In this document: one piece after another, positions 1 through 9,510 of the stretch
Layout of the letters: each line of letters starts with the position of its first letter
Position numbering within the stretch: position 1 is the stretch's first letter
NCBI GenBank assembly: GCA_963667845.2
Contig: CAXXVL010000002.1
Coordinates: 192,001-256,000 of the forward strand
Direction: 5' to 3'
Length of the DNA: 64,000 bases
Source: Smithellaceae bacterium
Lineage (GTDB): Bacteria > Desulfobacterota > Syntrophia > Syntrophales > Smithellaceae
The notes under the pieces: model-generated
What the model saw: the letters and a program-made list of their open reading frames with translations, nothing else
Told to the model about the DNA's origin: nothing
The model's database searches: none
Translations under genes and position numbers: made by a program

Positions 1-1
1 C

Positions 2-142
2 TACCACGAACTGCGCAATTACCTGGTGGGTTTTGCCAACTGCGCCTATCAGAACCCGCGCGCCATCTGCCCGCAGCATCAGCTGATTCTCCCCCGGATT
101 ATCCGCTCGGAAATTGTGAAGGGGCTGGACAGACCGAAGTAG
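2..142 (+). CDS. gcdA: 3' end of glutaconyl-CoA decarboxylase subunit alpha / carboxyltransferase (partial, runs off window)
   Basis: Frame 2 reads YHELRNYLVGFANCAYQNPRAICPQHQLILPRIIRSEIVKGLDRPK*. AYQNPxxICPxHQxILPR matches my recollection of the GcdA C-terminus. Confidence 0.75.
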   Translation, partial: YHELRNYLVGFANCAYQNPRAICPQHQLILPRIIRSEIVKGLDRPK

Positions 143-145
143 AAG

Positions 146-187
146 AGCTCATGGCTTGTAGCTCATAGCTCATGGCTTATGGTTCAT
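146..187. repeat. Degenerate 7-nt tandem repeat (RGCTCAT x6)
   Basis: agctcat ggcttgt agctcat agctcat ggcttat ggttcat, starting 3 nt after the stop codon. Confidence 0.85.
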
Positions 188-190
188 AGT

Positions 191-225
191 AAAAAAAGGG
201 CGGGATTTTTTCCCGCCCTTTTTTT
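191..225. terminator. Bidirectional intrinsic terminator
   Basis: A7-GGGCGGGA-ttttt-TCCCGCCC-T7 between convergent genes. Confidence 0.9.
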
Positions 226-252
226 GCATGATTCTCTTTATTCTATAACGTT

Positions 253-1065
253 CTAAAATTCCAATCCGACGCCGGCCTTTATTCCGAATGTGCTGAAGGT
301 GTTTCTTTCCATTTTGTCAATTAAACCGGAGCCGCCCGCCTCATTGAAATTATCGCTTTTGCCCGCATCGATGTATTTAAAAAACGGCGTGGCAAAAACC
401 ATCAATCCAAACGCTCTGTCTTTCCTGGGGATGATGCTGTAAGTCATGGGAAGTTGAATCCTTGCGCCCATCCCGACAGGGTTGTCAAAAGAATTATCAT
501 GGACGCCGGATGTATATGAATATTTTCCGGCGAAGGGGAGCAGAAAGGCGACATCCAGCGCAATAGACCATCTGGGCTCGGTATAGCCGAAGATGGCTCC
601 GAGAGCCGCATAGGGGGTCCGGTACTTTTCCGTTAATTGCGAATTCGTTTTACCCGTTAACTTCCAGTCGAGATATCCAATCCCGCCATAGGGCGTAAAG
701 GCAAAGCTGCCCCGCTTGTAGAGCCTGTAGCCGGCATTGAGTTCCGTGCTCCAATCATGCCCGTCGTAATACAGCGGATCCGGATCGATATCTTCCTCCT
801 TGATGTCCGGAAGAAGGTTGTAATCAAAAGTCGCCCGCAGGAAGACGGGCATCGAGTTGCCCTCATAACGAACATCCAGGGAGGGTCCATGCGCAATCCC
901 GGTATGCTTCCATTCCAGGGCGTAAGCCCCTTCTTCATTTAGTTTATTCTCTGTTTGCCCGACGGAGTAGCCCAGAAAAATTTTGACACTGGCTTCGGCC
1001 CATGCAGTAGTCGTTGCCAGCCCGATAAGAACGAGCACCATGATCAATCCATATTTTTGTTTCAT
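253..1065 (-). CDS. Outer-membrane beta-barrel protein
   Basis: Signal peptide (AWA|E), amphipathic beta strands, terminal GVGLEF with C-terminal Phe; GGAG SD. Confidence 0.75.
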   Translation of the reverse strand: MKQKYGLIMVLVLIGLATTTAWAEASVKIFLGYSVGQTENKLNEEGAYALEWKHTGIAHGPSLDVRYEGNSMPVFLRATFDYNLLPDIKEEDIDPDPLYYDGHDWSTELNAGYRLYKRGSFAFTPYGGIGYLDWKLTGKTNSQLTEKYRTPYAALGAIFGYTEPRWSIALDVAFLLPFAGKYSYTSGVHDNSFDNPVGMGARIQLPMTYSIIPRKDRAFGLMVFATPFFKYIDAGKSDNFNEAGGSGLIDKMERNTFSTFGIKAGVGLEF

Positions 1066-1249
1066 TGAGCGGTCTCCTTCATGATTTCCAAGATGATTAT
1101 TCCCGAATCGACTTCACGCTGATTTCATAAATCGAACAAGATTTAAAATCAAGTCAATTAGTCGTCCGGAAAGAAGGTTCATGCCCCTGCGGGGCACGCG
1201 AGGGTCAAGGTGCAAGGTGCAAAAATCGCTCTCCCGTGCGAGACGCGCG

Positions 1250-2098
1250 TCAGACGATATCTTCGCTATCGAAGCGCCGGAAGAGGAGTGCGCCCAAAAC
1301 AACAACATAGGCGAGTATATTGACGAGCGGATAGACGGATATGAATCCCGGTACGCCTTCCCAGGCAAGGAGCGACGATCCGAACCGCTCCGTGCCGGCG
1401 ATCTGCGGCCACAACCAGTAGAATACTGTCCAGCCGCTCAGGCCCGACTGCGGACCTGCGGAGGGCATCAGGGCCTGTCCCATAGAACTCCGGGAGAGAC
1501 TGAAAATTCCGTCTGCGACAAAGCTAATGATCGCTATTCCCGTGACACAGAGAAACGCCATAACATCCGGCATCACAAGCGACAGCGAGAGACAGGCGAC
1601 GACCACGAAAAGCAGATTCAGGAAGCATGACAGCGACGCGGCAAGGTACTGCGGCAGCAGTGCCCCGGCGCTGACGGAGGCAAGGATAAATACCAGGCCG
1701 TGCAAAGCAAACATGAACAGCGCCGACAATGCCCACAAACCGAGGACCTTACCCGTGACGTACTGCCGTCTCGTGATCGGCTTGGACAGAATGCAGGCCT
1801 GCATTCCTTCGTCGCGGTCGCGCTTCAGCACACGCATGGTCAGCAAGGCCGAGAGAAACATCGACCCCAGAGCAATCAGATGGAACATGACTTTGGACAT
1901 CATCTGGATCACACTCCGGGAGTCCACCATCTGGCCGTTCATCACAACATTGCCGGAGTAGCAGCCGCGGACGAGCAGGATGGCCAGCACTGAGAGCACG
2001 CACATGACAATGAAGCTTTTCTGCCTGACGTCGTCCGTCAGGGTGTATCGGGCAATGCGCAGCACAGGAGAAGTTTTCTTTGGCATTTTTTCGTTCAC
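1250..2098 (-). CDS. ABC-2 type transporter permease
   Basis: Multiple TM segments, ILSKPITRRQYVTGK motif, overlaps the upstream ATPase stop. Confidence 0.85.
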   Translation of the reverse strand: MNEKMPKKTSPVLRIARYTLTDDVRQKSFIVMCVLSVLAILLVRGCYSGNVVMNGQMVDSRSVIQMMSKVMFHLIALGSMFLSALLTMRVLKRDRDEGMQACILSKPITRRQYVTGKVLGLWALSALFMFALHGLVFILASVSAGALLPQYLAASLSCFLNLLFVVVACLSLSLVMPDVMAFLCVTGIAIISFVADGIFSLSRSSMGQALMPSAGPQSGLSGWTVFYWLWPQIAGTERFGSSLLAWEGVPGFISVYPLVNILAYVVVLGALLFRRFDSEDIV

Positions 2099-2799
2099 CC
2101 TTTCACCAGCCGGACAAATACCGCTTCCAGCGTTTCTCCCTCTTTGATCAAAACAGAAATGTCGTCTTTGACCAGAAGCCTGCCGTTATGAATGATTGCA
2201 GCCGTGTCGCAGATTTTTTCGACCTCCGAAAGCAAATGGGAATTGAGAAAGATCGTCATCCCTTCTTTTTTCAGGGATTCAAGCAGTTGGCGCGTTTCCC
2301 GGATGCCGATCGGATCCAGTCCGGAGGTGGGTTCATCCAGAAGTAGCAGACGGGGATGGCCGACGAGCGCGGCGCCCAGACCAAATCGCTGAATCATGCC
2401 TTTGGAATACGTGCCCGCCTTGGTGTGTTCCCGTCCCGACATTCCGATCTCGCCGACGATGCGCCGGCACTGTTCTTCCGCCTCGGGCGAACTCAGGCCC
2501 AGCAATTCGGCCGAACGCCGCAGATACTGCCACCCGGTAAGATGCGGCGCAATGCGCTGGTTTTCCGCCAGATACCCGATTGCAGCGCGGCTTTCCGCCT
2601 TCATGCAGTCGACGCCGTTTACCGACAGACTGCCCGCTGAAGGCCTCGTGAAATCCAGGAGCATCTTGACGATGGTCGTCTTTCCCGCGCCGTTGGGGCC
2701 CAGGAGCGCAAAACACTCTCCCGTCCGCACTGAAAACGAGACATTGTCCACGGCGGCCAGAGAGCCATATCGTTTGGTTACGGCATTTAATTCAATCAT
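2095..2799 (-). CDS. ABC transporter ATP-binding protein
   Basis: GPNGAGKT Walker A, YSKGM signature, LLLLDEPT Walker B, SH switch; start placed at MIELN. Confidence 0.92.
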   Translation of the reverse strand: MIELNAVTKRYGSLAAVDNVSFSVRTGECFALLGPNGAGKTTIVKMLLDFTRPSAGSLSVNGVDCMKAESRAAIGYLAENQRIAPHLTGWQYLRRSAELLGLSSPEAEEQCRRIVGEIGMSGREHTKAGTYSKGMIQRFGLGAALVGHPRLLLLDEPTSGLDPIGIRETRQLLESLKKEGMTIFLNSHLLSEVEKICDTAAIIHNGRLLVKDDISVLIKEGETLEAVFVRLVKG

Positions 2800-2922
2800 A
2801 CCGGCGAGTATATGAATACAGCTCTCCGATGTCAATAAATCTCGTATTGATCATCGCCTTGTTTATTATATAATGAAAATCATATATCTTATGCACGAAG
2901 GAATAAGGAGGATGGATAAATC

Positions 2923-3246
2923 ATGATTACCGTCACGCCCGAAGCCATTGACGCTATAAGAGTTTTTCTGGCACAACAGGGGAATCAAAAACCCATCCGC
3001 ATTCATCTGCACTCCACCGGCTGCTGCGATGCATCGCTGGGCTTGACGGCGGATGACGCTTCAGCCGACGACGTCGTTGAGAATGTCCAGGGAATTATGT
3101 TTGTGATCCATCCGGATGTCATCACCCTGACCGGAGATGTTGCCATCTCCTATCAGAGCGACAAATTCGATTCCGGTTTTGTTCTGACGTCGGCGCGTCC
3201 GGTCAGTGAATGGAGCGGCTTCGGCGTCTGCACGATAAAAAGTTGA
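2923..3246 (+). CDS. HesB/IscA-like (A-type Fe-S carrier-like) protein
   Basis: MITVTPEAIDAI...GCC.ASLGL..D pattern; AGGAGG SD. Confidence 0.75.
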   Translation: MITVTPEAIDAIRVFLAQQGNQKPIRIHLHSTGCCDASLGLTADDASADDVVENVQGIMFVIHPDVITLTGDVAISYQSDKFDSGFVLTSARPVSEWSGFGVCTIKS

Positions 3247-3275
3247 CCGATCCCGGAAAAGATGAGTTGCCCCTG

Positions 3276-3632
3276 TCATTCTCTCTGGGCAGGTTTGCCG
3301 ACGGCCTCCACGGCCAGGCCGTGATTCTCATGGATCTCGATGAGCGGCAGGAAACCGACCATCGCCAGAACATTGTACACGGTTTCCTGGACGGAACAGA
3401 CGGCGAACCGGCCCTGCACCTCTGCGGCGGCCCTGGCACCCTTCATGAGCACCCGCAAACCCGCCGAACTCATATAGTCCACCTGGGCAAGATCAAGGAC
3501 GCAGCGGGCCAGCGGTACGGCCAGGACGGCTGCGACTTCTTTTTCCAGTTCGGGCGCCGTCAACGCGTCTATTCGTCCCGCCACGCGGATCGACAGGACG
3601 CCATCACCCAAAACTTCTCTCTTCAATTCCAT
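3276..3632 (-). CDS. STAS domain anti-sigma factor antagonist
   Basis: GRIDALTA, LDLAQVDYMSSAGLRVL with phosphorylatable Ser. Confidence 0.9.
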   Translation of the reverse strand: MELKREVLGDGVLSIRVAGRIDALTAPELEKEVAAVLAVPLARCVLDLAQVDYMSSAGLRVLMKGARAAAEVQGRFAVCSVQETVYNVLAMVGFLPLIEIHENHGLAVEAVGKPAQRE

Positions 3633-3654
3633 ACGCTCCCTCCCCGGACGATCG

Positions 3655-5508
3655 TTAAGCCGGTTCATCAAACCGGCATTTGAGGGTTAAAGTGCCGTCC
3701 TCATACTTGGTGCGGATCTGGTAGGGCAGTTTCTTAAACAAGGCCAGCATGGAGAAATTTTCCTTAAGCACGATGGCATCGAGGCCGATGAGACCATTCG
3801 ACAGCGCGGCATCCACCACTTTCTGCTGCAGCCGCACGGCGATCCCTTTTCCCTGCCAGTCTTTCGCCACGGAGTAGGCCACTTCCCCCGCTCCGCTCCC
3901 TTCCAGAAAATATCCGCCGATGCCGATCACGCGGCCGTATCCCTCTTCACCCTGATAGGCGACGATGGAACAATTTTTCGTATAATCGACGATGAACATG
4001 TCTTTCATTTCATCCCAGTAAAAATGGTGCTTCCGGCCGAAGAAACGCTTGGCAATGTCCCGCTCGTCCATCTCGTAGAAGTGCTCCTGGATCGATCGAT
4101 CGTCAACGGTTTTAACGGGGCGGAACGTCACTTTCTGCCCGGCAATGGTCACGACTTCCTCGAGCCAGGCCGGGTAAACGCCGAATTGCGCTTCGTAGAG
4201 TTTGCGGTCCTGACTGATGAGCCCGTCGCGCCGCGCCTGCTCGAAGAGTTGCTCGCGAAAATCGGGGTGGGCGACGCTGATCATCGCCATGGCGCGCTCC
4301 TGAATATTCTTGCCGAACAGATTGACGGCGCCGTATTCGGTGACGACGTAGGTCACATCGGCTGCCGGAATGGCGACCGTCCCCGCGGCCTGTTCGACGA
4401 CGATGTTGCTCGTCTTGCCGTCGTCGCTTAGCGACTGGACCACGACGATGGACTTGCCGCCCGGCGCCATAGCCGCGCCCCGGCTGAAATCCACGAGCCC
4501 CGCCACGTCGGCGAAATGGTTCTGCGCGGTACCGTCGGCCGCGACCTGCCCCTTCAGATCCACCGACGTCACGCGGTTGATGGCCGTCATCTTGTTGTGG
4601 CGGGCGATCATCACCGGATTGCTCACATAATCGCAGGGCCGGAATTCAATGGCCGGATTGCCGTTCAGGTATGCATAGAGATCGTCGGTGCCGATGGCCG
4701 CGGACGCTACCATCTTGCCTTCGTTGAATCCCTTTTTGCGGTTCGTGATTACGCCCCGCGCCGCGAGGTCCTGCATGACATCGAGAATCATCAGGGAGTG
4801 GATACCCAGATCCTTCTTTTCGCCCAGGGCCGCGGCCATGAGCTCCGGCGTAAAACCGGGACTGATGTGCAGAGTCGATCCATCATCCACCAGATTCGAT
4901 AAGAGCTTGGCCACACGGTCCGCGTCCTTCATTTCCGGTATGGGGTAGACGGACAGCAGATCTTCCTGATGCTCGACGATATAGTCCACCTCGTCCACAT
5001 GCAGCATGCCGTAACCCGGAATCACCGGCATGTTCGGATTGACTTGAACGATGACCACGTCGGCCGCCTGGGCGGCGGCCAGGGTAATGTCCACGGAAAT
5101 GCCGAGGTTCAGCCAGCCGAACGCATCGGGCGGGGCCGTCTGGATCAGGGCATAATGAATGGGAATGTGGCGTTTCTGAAACAGCGCGGGCACCGTATAG
5201 AGATTCATCGGTGTGAGAAAACGCCGGGAGGCCGTGAGGCCTTTGATCATACCCGAGCCCTGGTAGATCGAACGTACATGATAATTGCGGCCTTTGGTTT
5301 CTTCCGCCACCAGCCCCATGAGCGACCCTTCCAGATTCAGAAAGCGCACGACTTCCACGTCCGAAAAATGGTCGGTGTGATCGATAAGTGCGTTCACGAG
5401 ATGCTGGGGCTCGCCGCAGTAAGACCCGATGAAAACGCGCTTACCGCGTGAGATGCAGCTGATCGCCTGCTTGGCGGATACTACCTTGTCCTGATATGCT
5501 ATTGCCAC
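3655..5508 (-). CDS. Acetyl-CoA hydrolase/transferase-family domain fused to Pat-type GNAT acetyltransferase
   Basis: N-terminal CoA-transferase fold (VVTEYGAVNLFGK..ERA..MISVAHPDFRE); C-terminal GNAT (EVAYSVAKDWQGKGIA); GTG start with GGAGG SD. Confidence 0.85.
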   Translation of the reverse strand: MAIAYQDKVVSAKQAISCISRGKRVFIGSYCGEPQHLVNALIDHTDHFSDVEVVRFLNLEGSLMGLVAEETKGRNYHVRSIYQGSGMIKGLTASRRFLTPMNLYTVPALFQKRHIPIHYALIQTAPPDAFGWLNLGISVDITLAAAQAADVVIVQVNPNMPVIPGYGMLHVDEVDYIVEHQEDLLSVYPIPEMKDADRVAKLLSNLVDDGSTLHISPGFTPELMAAALGEKKDLGIHSLMILDVMQDLAARGVITNRKKGFNEGKMVASAAIGTDDLYAYLNGNPAIEFRPCDYVSNPVMIARHNKMTAINRVTSVDLKGQVAADGTAQNHFADVAGLVDFSRGAAMAPGGKSIVVVQSLSDDGKTSNIVVEQAAGTVAIPAADVTYVVTEYGAVNLFGKNIQERAMAMISVAHPDFREQLFEQARRDGLISQDRKLYEAQFGVYPAWLEEVVTIAGQKVTFRPVKTVDDRSIQEHFYEMDERDIAKRFFGRKHHFYWDEMKDMFIVDYTKNCSIVAYQGEEGYGRVIGIGGYFLEGSGAGEVAYSVAKDWQGKGIAVRLQQKVVDAALSNGLIGLDAIVLKENFSMLALFKKLPYQIRTKYEDGTLTLKCRFDEPA

Positions 5509-5571
5509 GCTTTCCTCCTGAGATGAAAAAATATCATTAATATTTGCTGTTTTTTGTTCGTGCTGAAATCA

Positions 5572-7137
5572 TCACCGGATCGGGAAATTTTCCACCGGCC
5601 CCTGATCTTTATCAGGTCTGCCCGTCAATATCAACAGGATGCCGGCGAGCGCCAGGTAGGCCAGCGCGAGCATATAGTGGGCATTTGATGCGACCCGCCA
5701 GGGCAGATAAAGTTCTCCTGTCGGCATGATCGAATGAATGATGCCGAAAAGCGTCATGAGGCCGCAGATGGCCGCGCACAGGGCCGCAAGGCGCGCCCGG
5801 TGATCGATCAGGAAGGCCAGCATGCTGCCCCAGAGAAGCCCCGTCAGGATGAAGCCGTTGGCCAGCATGGTCAGCGTTTGATGCAGGTGCTGGAGTCTCA
5901 GTGGAAGCTTGTCGAGTGTTATGTTTGCCGCCCCCAGAAACTGCGCGAGAATGATCAGCACGAGGCTGGCGATGACCGGCAGAAAGCTCAGGCTGACTGC
6001 CGGGGAATGGGCCGGCGGTGATTCGGAGTAGGCCTGCCGGATGATTTCAAATCCGATAAAGATAAAAATGGGCGCAATGACCGCCCGGGGAATCAGGCCG
6101 ACAAACAGCGACATCAGCCCGACCAGTGAACCGATACCGACCGCGAGGCCGGTCAAAAGCGTATAGCGCCAGGTTGCGCCCATCTTCTTGTATGCGGGAT
6201 GACCGATATAGGGCGTGGTCTGCGCCACACCGCCGAAGAACGCCGAAATCAGAGATGTCGCCGCCTCGGTGAGCAGAATATCGCGCGGCCGGTAATCGTC
6301 GCCGGCGAGCCTCGCGCTTTCCGTGTTGTTGATGCCGCCGACGATCGTCAGGATACCGAACGGAATGGCGATGGGCAGATAGTGGATACTCTGGGGCAGG
6401 GTCTTGAGAAAATCAAAGGAGAACAGCGGGAGGCATAGATGCATCTCCAGAGACGGAGCCTGATACTCCGGCAGGTAGCCGCTCCAACCGAGAGCAAAAT
6501 GAATCACGGTGCCGAAGAACACGGCTGCCACAACGCCGTGAATGCGTCCGGGCAATTGCAGTTTGCTGAAGAGCGCCGCAAAGATGAGGCCCAGAGCCAC
6601 CATGCCGACGATGACCTCGTTCATGATTTCGACAAGCGGCAGAAAACCGAGCAGCATGAGCCCGATGCCGGCAATGGATCCCAAAAGCCCCGCCGTCGGA
6701 ACGTTGCGTTGAATCCATCCGCCGCAGAAAGAGGTAAACACTTTCACGACGCCGATCATGAAAAGCGTGGCCATGCCGACATGCCAGGTAAGGATGGGGT
6801 CGCGGGTGATCACGTAGGTGGGGCCCAGAACGGCGTATGCAATGCCGATGGTCGACGGCGTATCGAGACCCAGCGGCATGGCCGTGACGTCATTTCGTCC
6901 GGTTTTCCGTTTCAATCGGATCGCCAGCCAGGTATAGATAAGATCGCCCGCGAGGACGCCGATCGCGGTGCCCGGAATCATGCGCGTGAGAATGATATCG
7001 ACGGGGAAATTAAAGGTGAAGACCAGGATGGCATTTAAGAAAATCAGTACGCCGGCGTTATCCAGAAACAGCGCCAGAAAAGCGGTTGTCTCCCCCCAGA
7101 ACATGCCGTGTTTGGTGCCAGCTGCCGCCTGCATCAT
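5572..7137 (-). CDS. NCS2/AzgA-like (xanthine/uracil/vitamin C family) permease
   Basis: About 14 TM segments; VTAMPLGLDTP, NNTESARLAGDDY and TTPYIGHPAYKKMGA motifs. Confidence 0.75.
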   Translation of the reverse strand: MMQAAAGTKHGMFWGETTAFLALFLDNAGVLIFLNAILVFTFNFPVDIILTRMIPGTAIGVLAGDLIYTWLAIRLKRKTGRNDVTAMPLGLDTPSTIGIAYAVLGPTYVITRDPILTWHVGMATLFMIGVVKVFTSFCGGWIQRNVPTAGLLGSIAGIGLMLLGFLPLVEIMNEVIVGMVALGLIFAALFSKLQLPGRIHGVVAAVFFGTVIHFALGWSGYLPEYQAPSLEMHLCLPLFSFDFLKTLPQSIHYLPIAIPFGILTIVGGINNTESARLAGDDYRPRDILLTEAATSLISAFFGGVAQTTPYIGHPAYKKMGATWRYTLLTGLAVGIGSLVGLMSLFVGLIPRAVIAPIFIFIGFEIIRQAYSESPPAHSPAVSLSFLPVIASLVLIILAQFLGAANITLDKLPLRLQHLHQTLTMLANGFILTGLLWGSMLAFLIDHRARLAALCAAICGLMTLFGIIHSIMPTGELYLPWRVASNAHYMLALAYLALAGILLILTGRPDKDQGPVENFPIR

Positions 7138-7321
7138 GCGCTATTGCCCGTCCGTTCAATGGATTACCGAAAAAAGAAAATTCCGCAAACCGATCCTCAG
7201 GACCGAGCTATAGCTGAAAGCGCCGTATTTGACAATTCAATTTATCTGCATTTGCAGGCGCAGCGGCTCTTTTTCCAGAAATGCACCGGCACAGGAGGGA
7301 ATCTTTCCGTCCCCGGATTCA

Positions 7322-8668
7322 TCAGGCCGGTGTCTCGGGCGGCCAGATTTTTTTGAATGCCGTCTTCGGAAAGAAGCAGTAAGGACATTCGTCCGGTGGT
7401 TCGTCTCCGTAATGGATATGTCCGCACATCCGGCACCGCCAGGCCTTCTTGTTTTTTGCCGCCGGATCGTTCAAGTCAAGCCCCCGGATCATGGGCAGAT
7501 CCTCCAGAGCCGGCATGACGGGCTTGTATTTGCCGAGAACGTGTCCGGAAAGAACCACTCGCTGCACTTCGCTCGTGCCTTCATAGATGCTGAACAGGCG
7601 CGTATCGCGCATAATCTTTTCAATCGGAAACATCTTCGTGTATCCGTAACCGCCAAAAATCTGCAGGGCTTCATTGGCTACTTCCAGGGCCATTTCCGTT
7701 GCATACATTTTGGCGATGGAAGCGCTGATGGTCGGATCCCTGCCGCTGTCCGCCTCCCACGCCGCCCGCAAGACGAGCAGGCGCGCGGTTTCCACCTTTT
7801 GATACATCTCGGCCAGTTTGAACTGGATGGCTTCAAAATTGGCAAGCTCCGCTCCGAAAACTCTTCTTTTTTTTGCGTAATTAATGGCGTAGTCCATTGC
7901 CGAACGGGCGGCGCCCACGGCGAAAGCGCCGATGGACGGCCTCGTGCGGGAAAAGGTCTTCATGGCCAGGACAAATCCCGAACCCGGTTCGGCCAGAACA
8001 TTTTCGGCAGGCACCCGCACGTTCTTTAAGTTGATCCCCGCCGTATTCGATGCGCGCTGACCGAGTTTCGGGATCGGCCGGCCCACGGATACGCCCTCCC
8101 AGTTTTTTTCCACGAGAAATGCACAGATCCCCTCATGTTTCTTAGCCGGATCGATCGTGGCAAACACCGACATGTAGTCGGCGACACCGGCATTGGTAAT
8201 CCAGTATTTCGTTCCATTTAGGATATAGTCGTCACCTTGTTTCTCGGCCCGGCAGCGCATTGAGGCGACGTCGGAGCCCATGGTAGGCTCCGACGTCGCA
8301 AAGCAGATGCGCTTGAACTCATGGAGGATTTCCGGAAGATACTTTTCCCGGACGTGTTCGTTTGGCGTCAGCAGCAGAGGCACCGTACCCAGGGAATTAT
8401 CAAAAATCGAGGTCGCGACACCCGGGCAGACGGCCGATATCTCTTCGGTAAGGATCACATCCTCGATCAGGCCCAGACCTTTCCCCCCGTATTTTACCGG
8501 AATGTTCGCATTCATGAACCCGGCGTCAAACGCCTTCCTGAGCAGAAAAAGCGGGATCTCATCCACTTCGTCATAGTGCCATATGGCAGGCAGTATTTCA
8601 GTCAGAGCAAAGCGGCGCACCTGGTCCCGTAATTCCTTCTGCTCGGGGCTTAAGTCAAAGTTGAGCAT
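7322..8668 (-). CDS. Acyl-CoA dehydrogenase with C-terminal rubredoxin-like domain
   Basis: FATSEPTMGSD, NGTKYWITN, QIFGGYGY, IYEGTSE (catalytic Glu); tail WRCRMCGHIHYG..PPDECPYC. Confidence 0.92.
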   Translation of the reverse strand: MLNFDLSPEQKELRDQVRRFALTEILPAIWHYDEVDEIPLFLLRKAFDAGFMNANIPVKYGGKGLGLIEDVILTEEISAVCPGVATSIFDNSLGTVPLLLTPNEHVREKYLPEILHEFKRICFATSEPTMGSDVASMRCRAEKQGDDYILNGTKYWITNAGVADYMSVFATIDPAKKHEGICAFLVEKNWEGVSVGRPIPKLGQRASNTAGINLKNVRVPAENVLAEPGSGFVLAMKTFSRTRPSIGAFAVGAARSAMDYAINYAKKRRVFGAELANFEAIQFKLAEMYQKVETARLLVLRAAWEADSGRDPTISASIAKMYATEMALEVANEALQIFGGYGYTKMFPIEKIMRDTRLFSIYEGTSEVQRVVLSGHVLGKYKPVMPALEDLPMIRGLDLNDPAAKNKKAWRCRMCGHIHYGDEPPDECPYCFFPKTAFKKIWPPETPA

Positions 8669-8840
8669 GATTCCCTCCTGATATTTTTGACATTTGAGTC
8701 CGACGGCTTGACACCTGCACAGATCGGCGCGGCAAGCACGAACAAGGTCATCTGAAAACCCGAGAGGCTTACCGAAGTGATTTCTCTTTTAAAATAGGGA
8801 ATGAATCGGGTGTGTCAAGAAACGAATTTCTGTTCGCTGA

Positions 8841-9506
8841 TCAGGTCTGGAAACCCGGAAGGCTGATGCGCTTTTCAAGACGGCGCGCGGCGACAACAAT
8901 GATGGAAACCAGTGCCAGGTAAACCAGTCCGGCGGTAATGTAAGCCTTGAAGAACTGGAAGTTCGTCGAGGCGACTTCCTGCATCTGGGCAAAAAAATCG
9001 TGGTACTGGATGAGGAAAGCGACGGAGGTATCCTTGAGGTTCTGGATGACCTGATTGGTTAAGGACGGGACCGCAAAACGCATCACCTGGGGCAGGATAA
9101 TCAGACGGAAAGTTTCCGGATACGTAAAGCCCTGAGCCCGGGCGGCCTCCAGTTCCGTCTTATCCAGACCGTTGTAAGCGGTCATCAGGTACCGGGCGTT
9201 ATAGGCAGACACGTTCAGGGTAAAGCCGACCACGACGACCGTGAAGGCCGACAGTTTGATGCCCAGCTCCGGCAGGCCGTAATAGATCAGAAAAAGATGA
9301 ACCAGCAGCGGCGTCCCGATAAAGAAGGAGATATAGCGCTCCGTCCACGTCCGCAAAAACTTGTTTTTACTGAGCGTCAGGTAAAAGACGCCAACCCCGC
9401 CCGCAAGTCCGGTCACCGACATAATGACCATGAGCAGCACCGTATTTCGGAGACCCGCGAGGATCTGCGGCGAATAAGCAATCAGGTCATGAATAAAGGC
9501 GTCCAT
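8841..9506 (-). CDS. Polar amino acid ABC transporter permease
   Basis: GTPLLVHL, EAARAQG EAA motif, NLKDTS. Confidence 0.9.
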   Translation of the reverse strand: MDAFIHDLIAYSPQILAGLRNTVLLMVIMSVTGLAGGVGVFYLTLSKNKFLRTWTERYISFFIGTPLLVHLFLIYYGLPELGIKLSAFTVVVVGFTLNVSAYNARYLMTAYNGLDKTELEAARAQGFTYPETFRLIILPQVMRFAVPSLTNQVIQNLKDTSVAFLIQYHDFFAQMQEVASTNFQFFKAYITAGLVYLALVSIIVVAARRLEKRISLPGFQT

Positions 9507-9510
9507 TTAG

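Noticed and set aside
2923..3246. HesB-like selenoprotein
   Set aside because: The motif is encoded TGC-TGC (Cys-Cys); there is no in-frame TGA.
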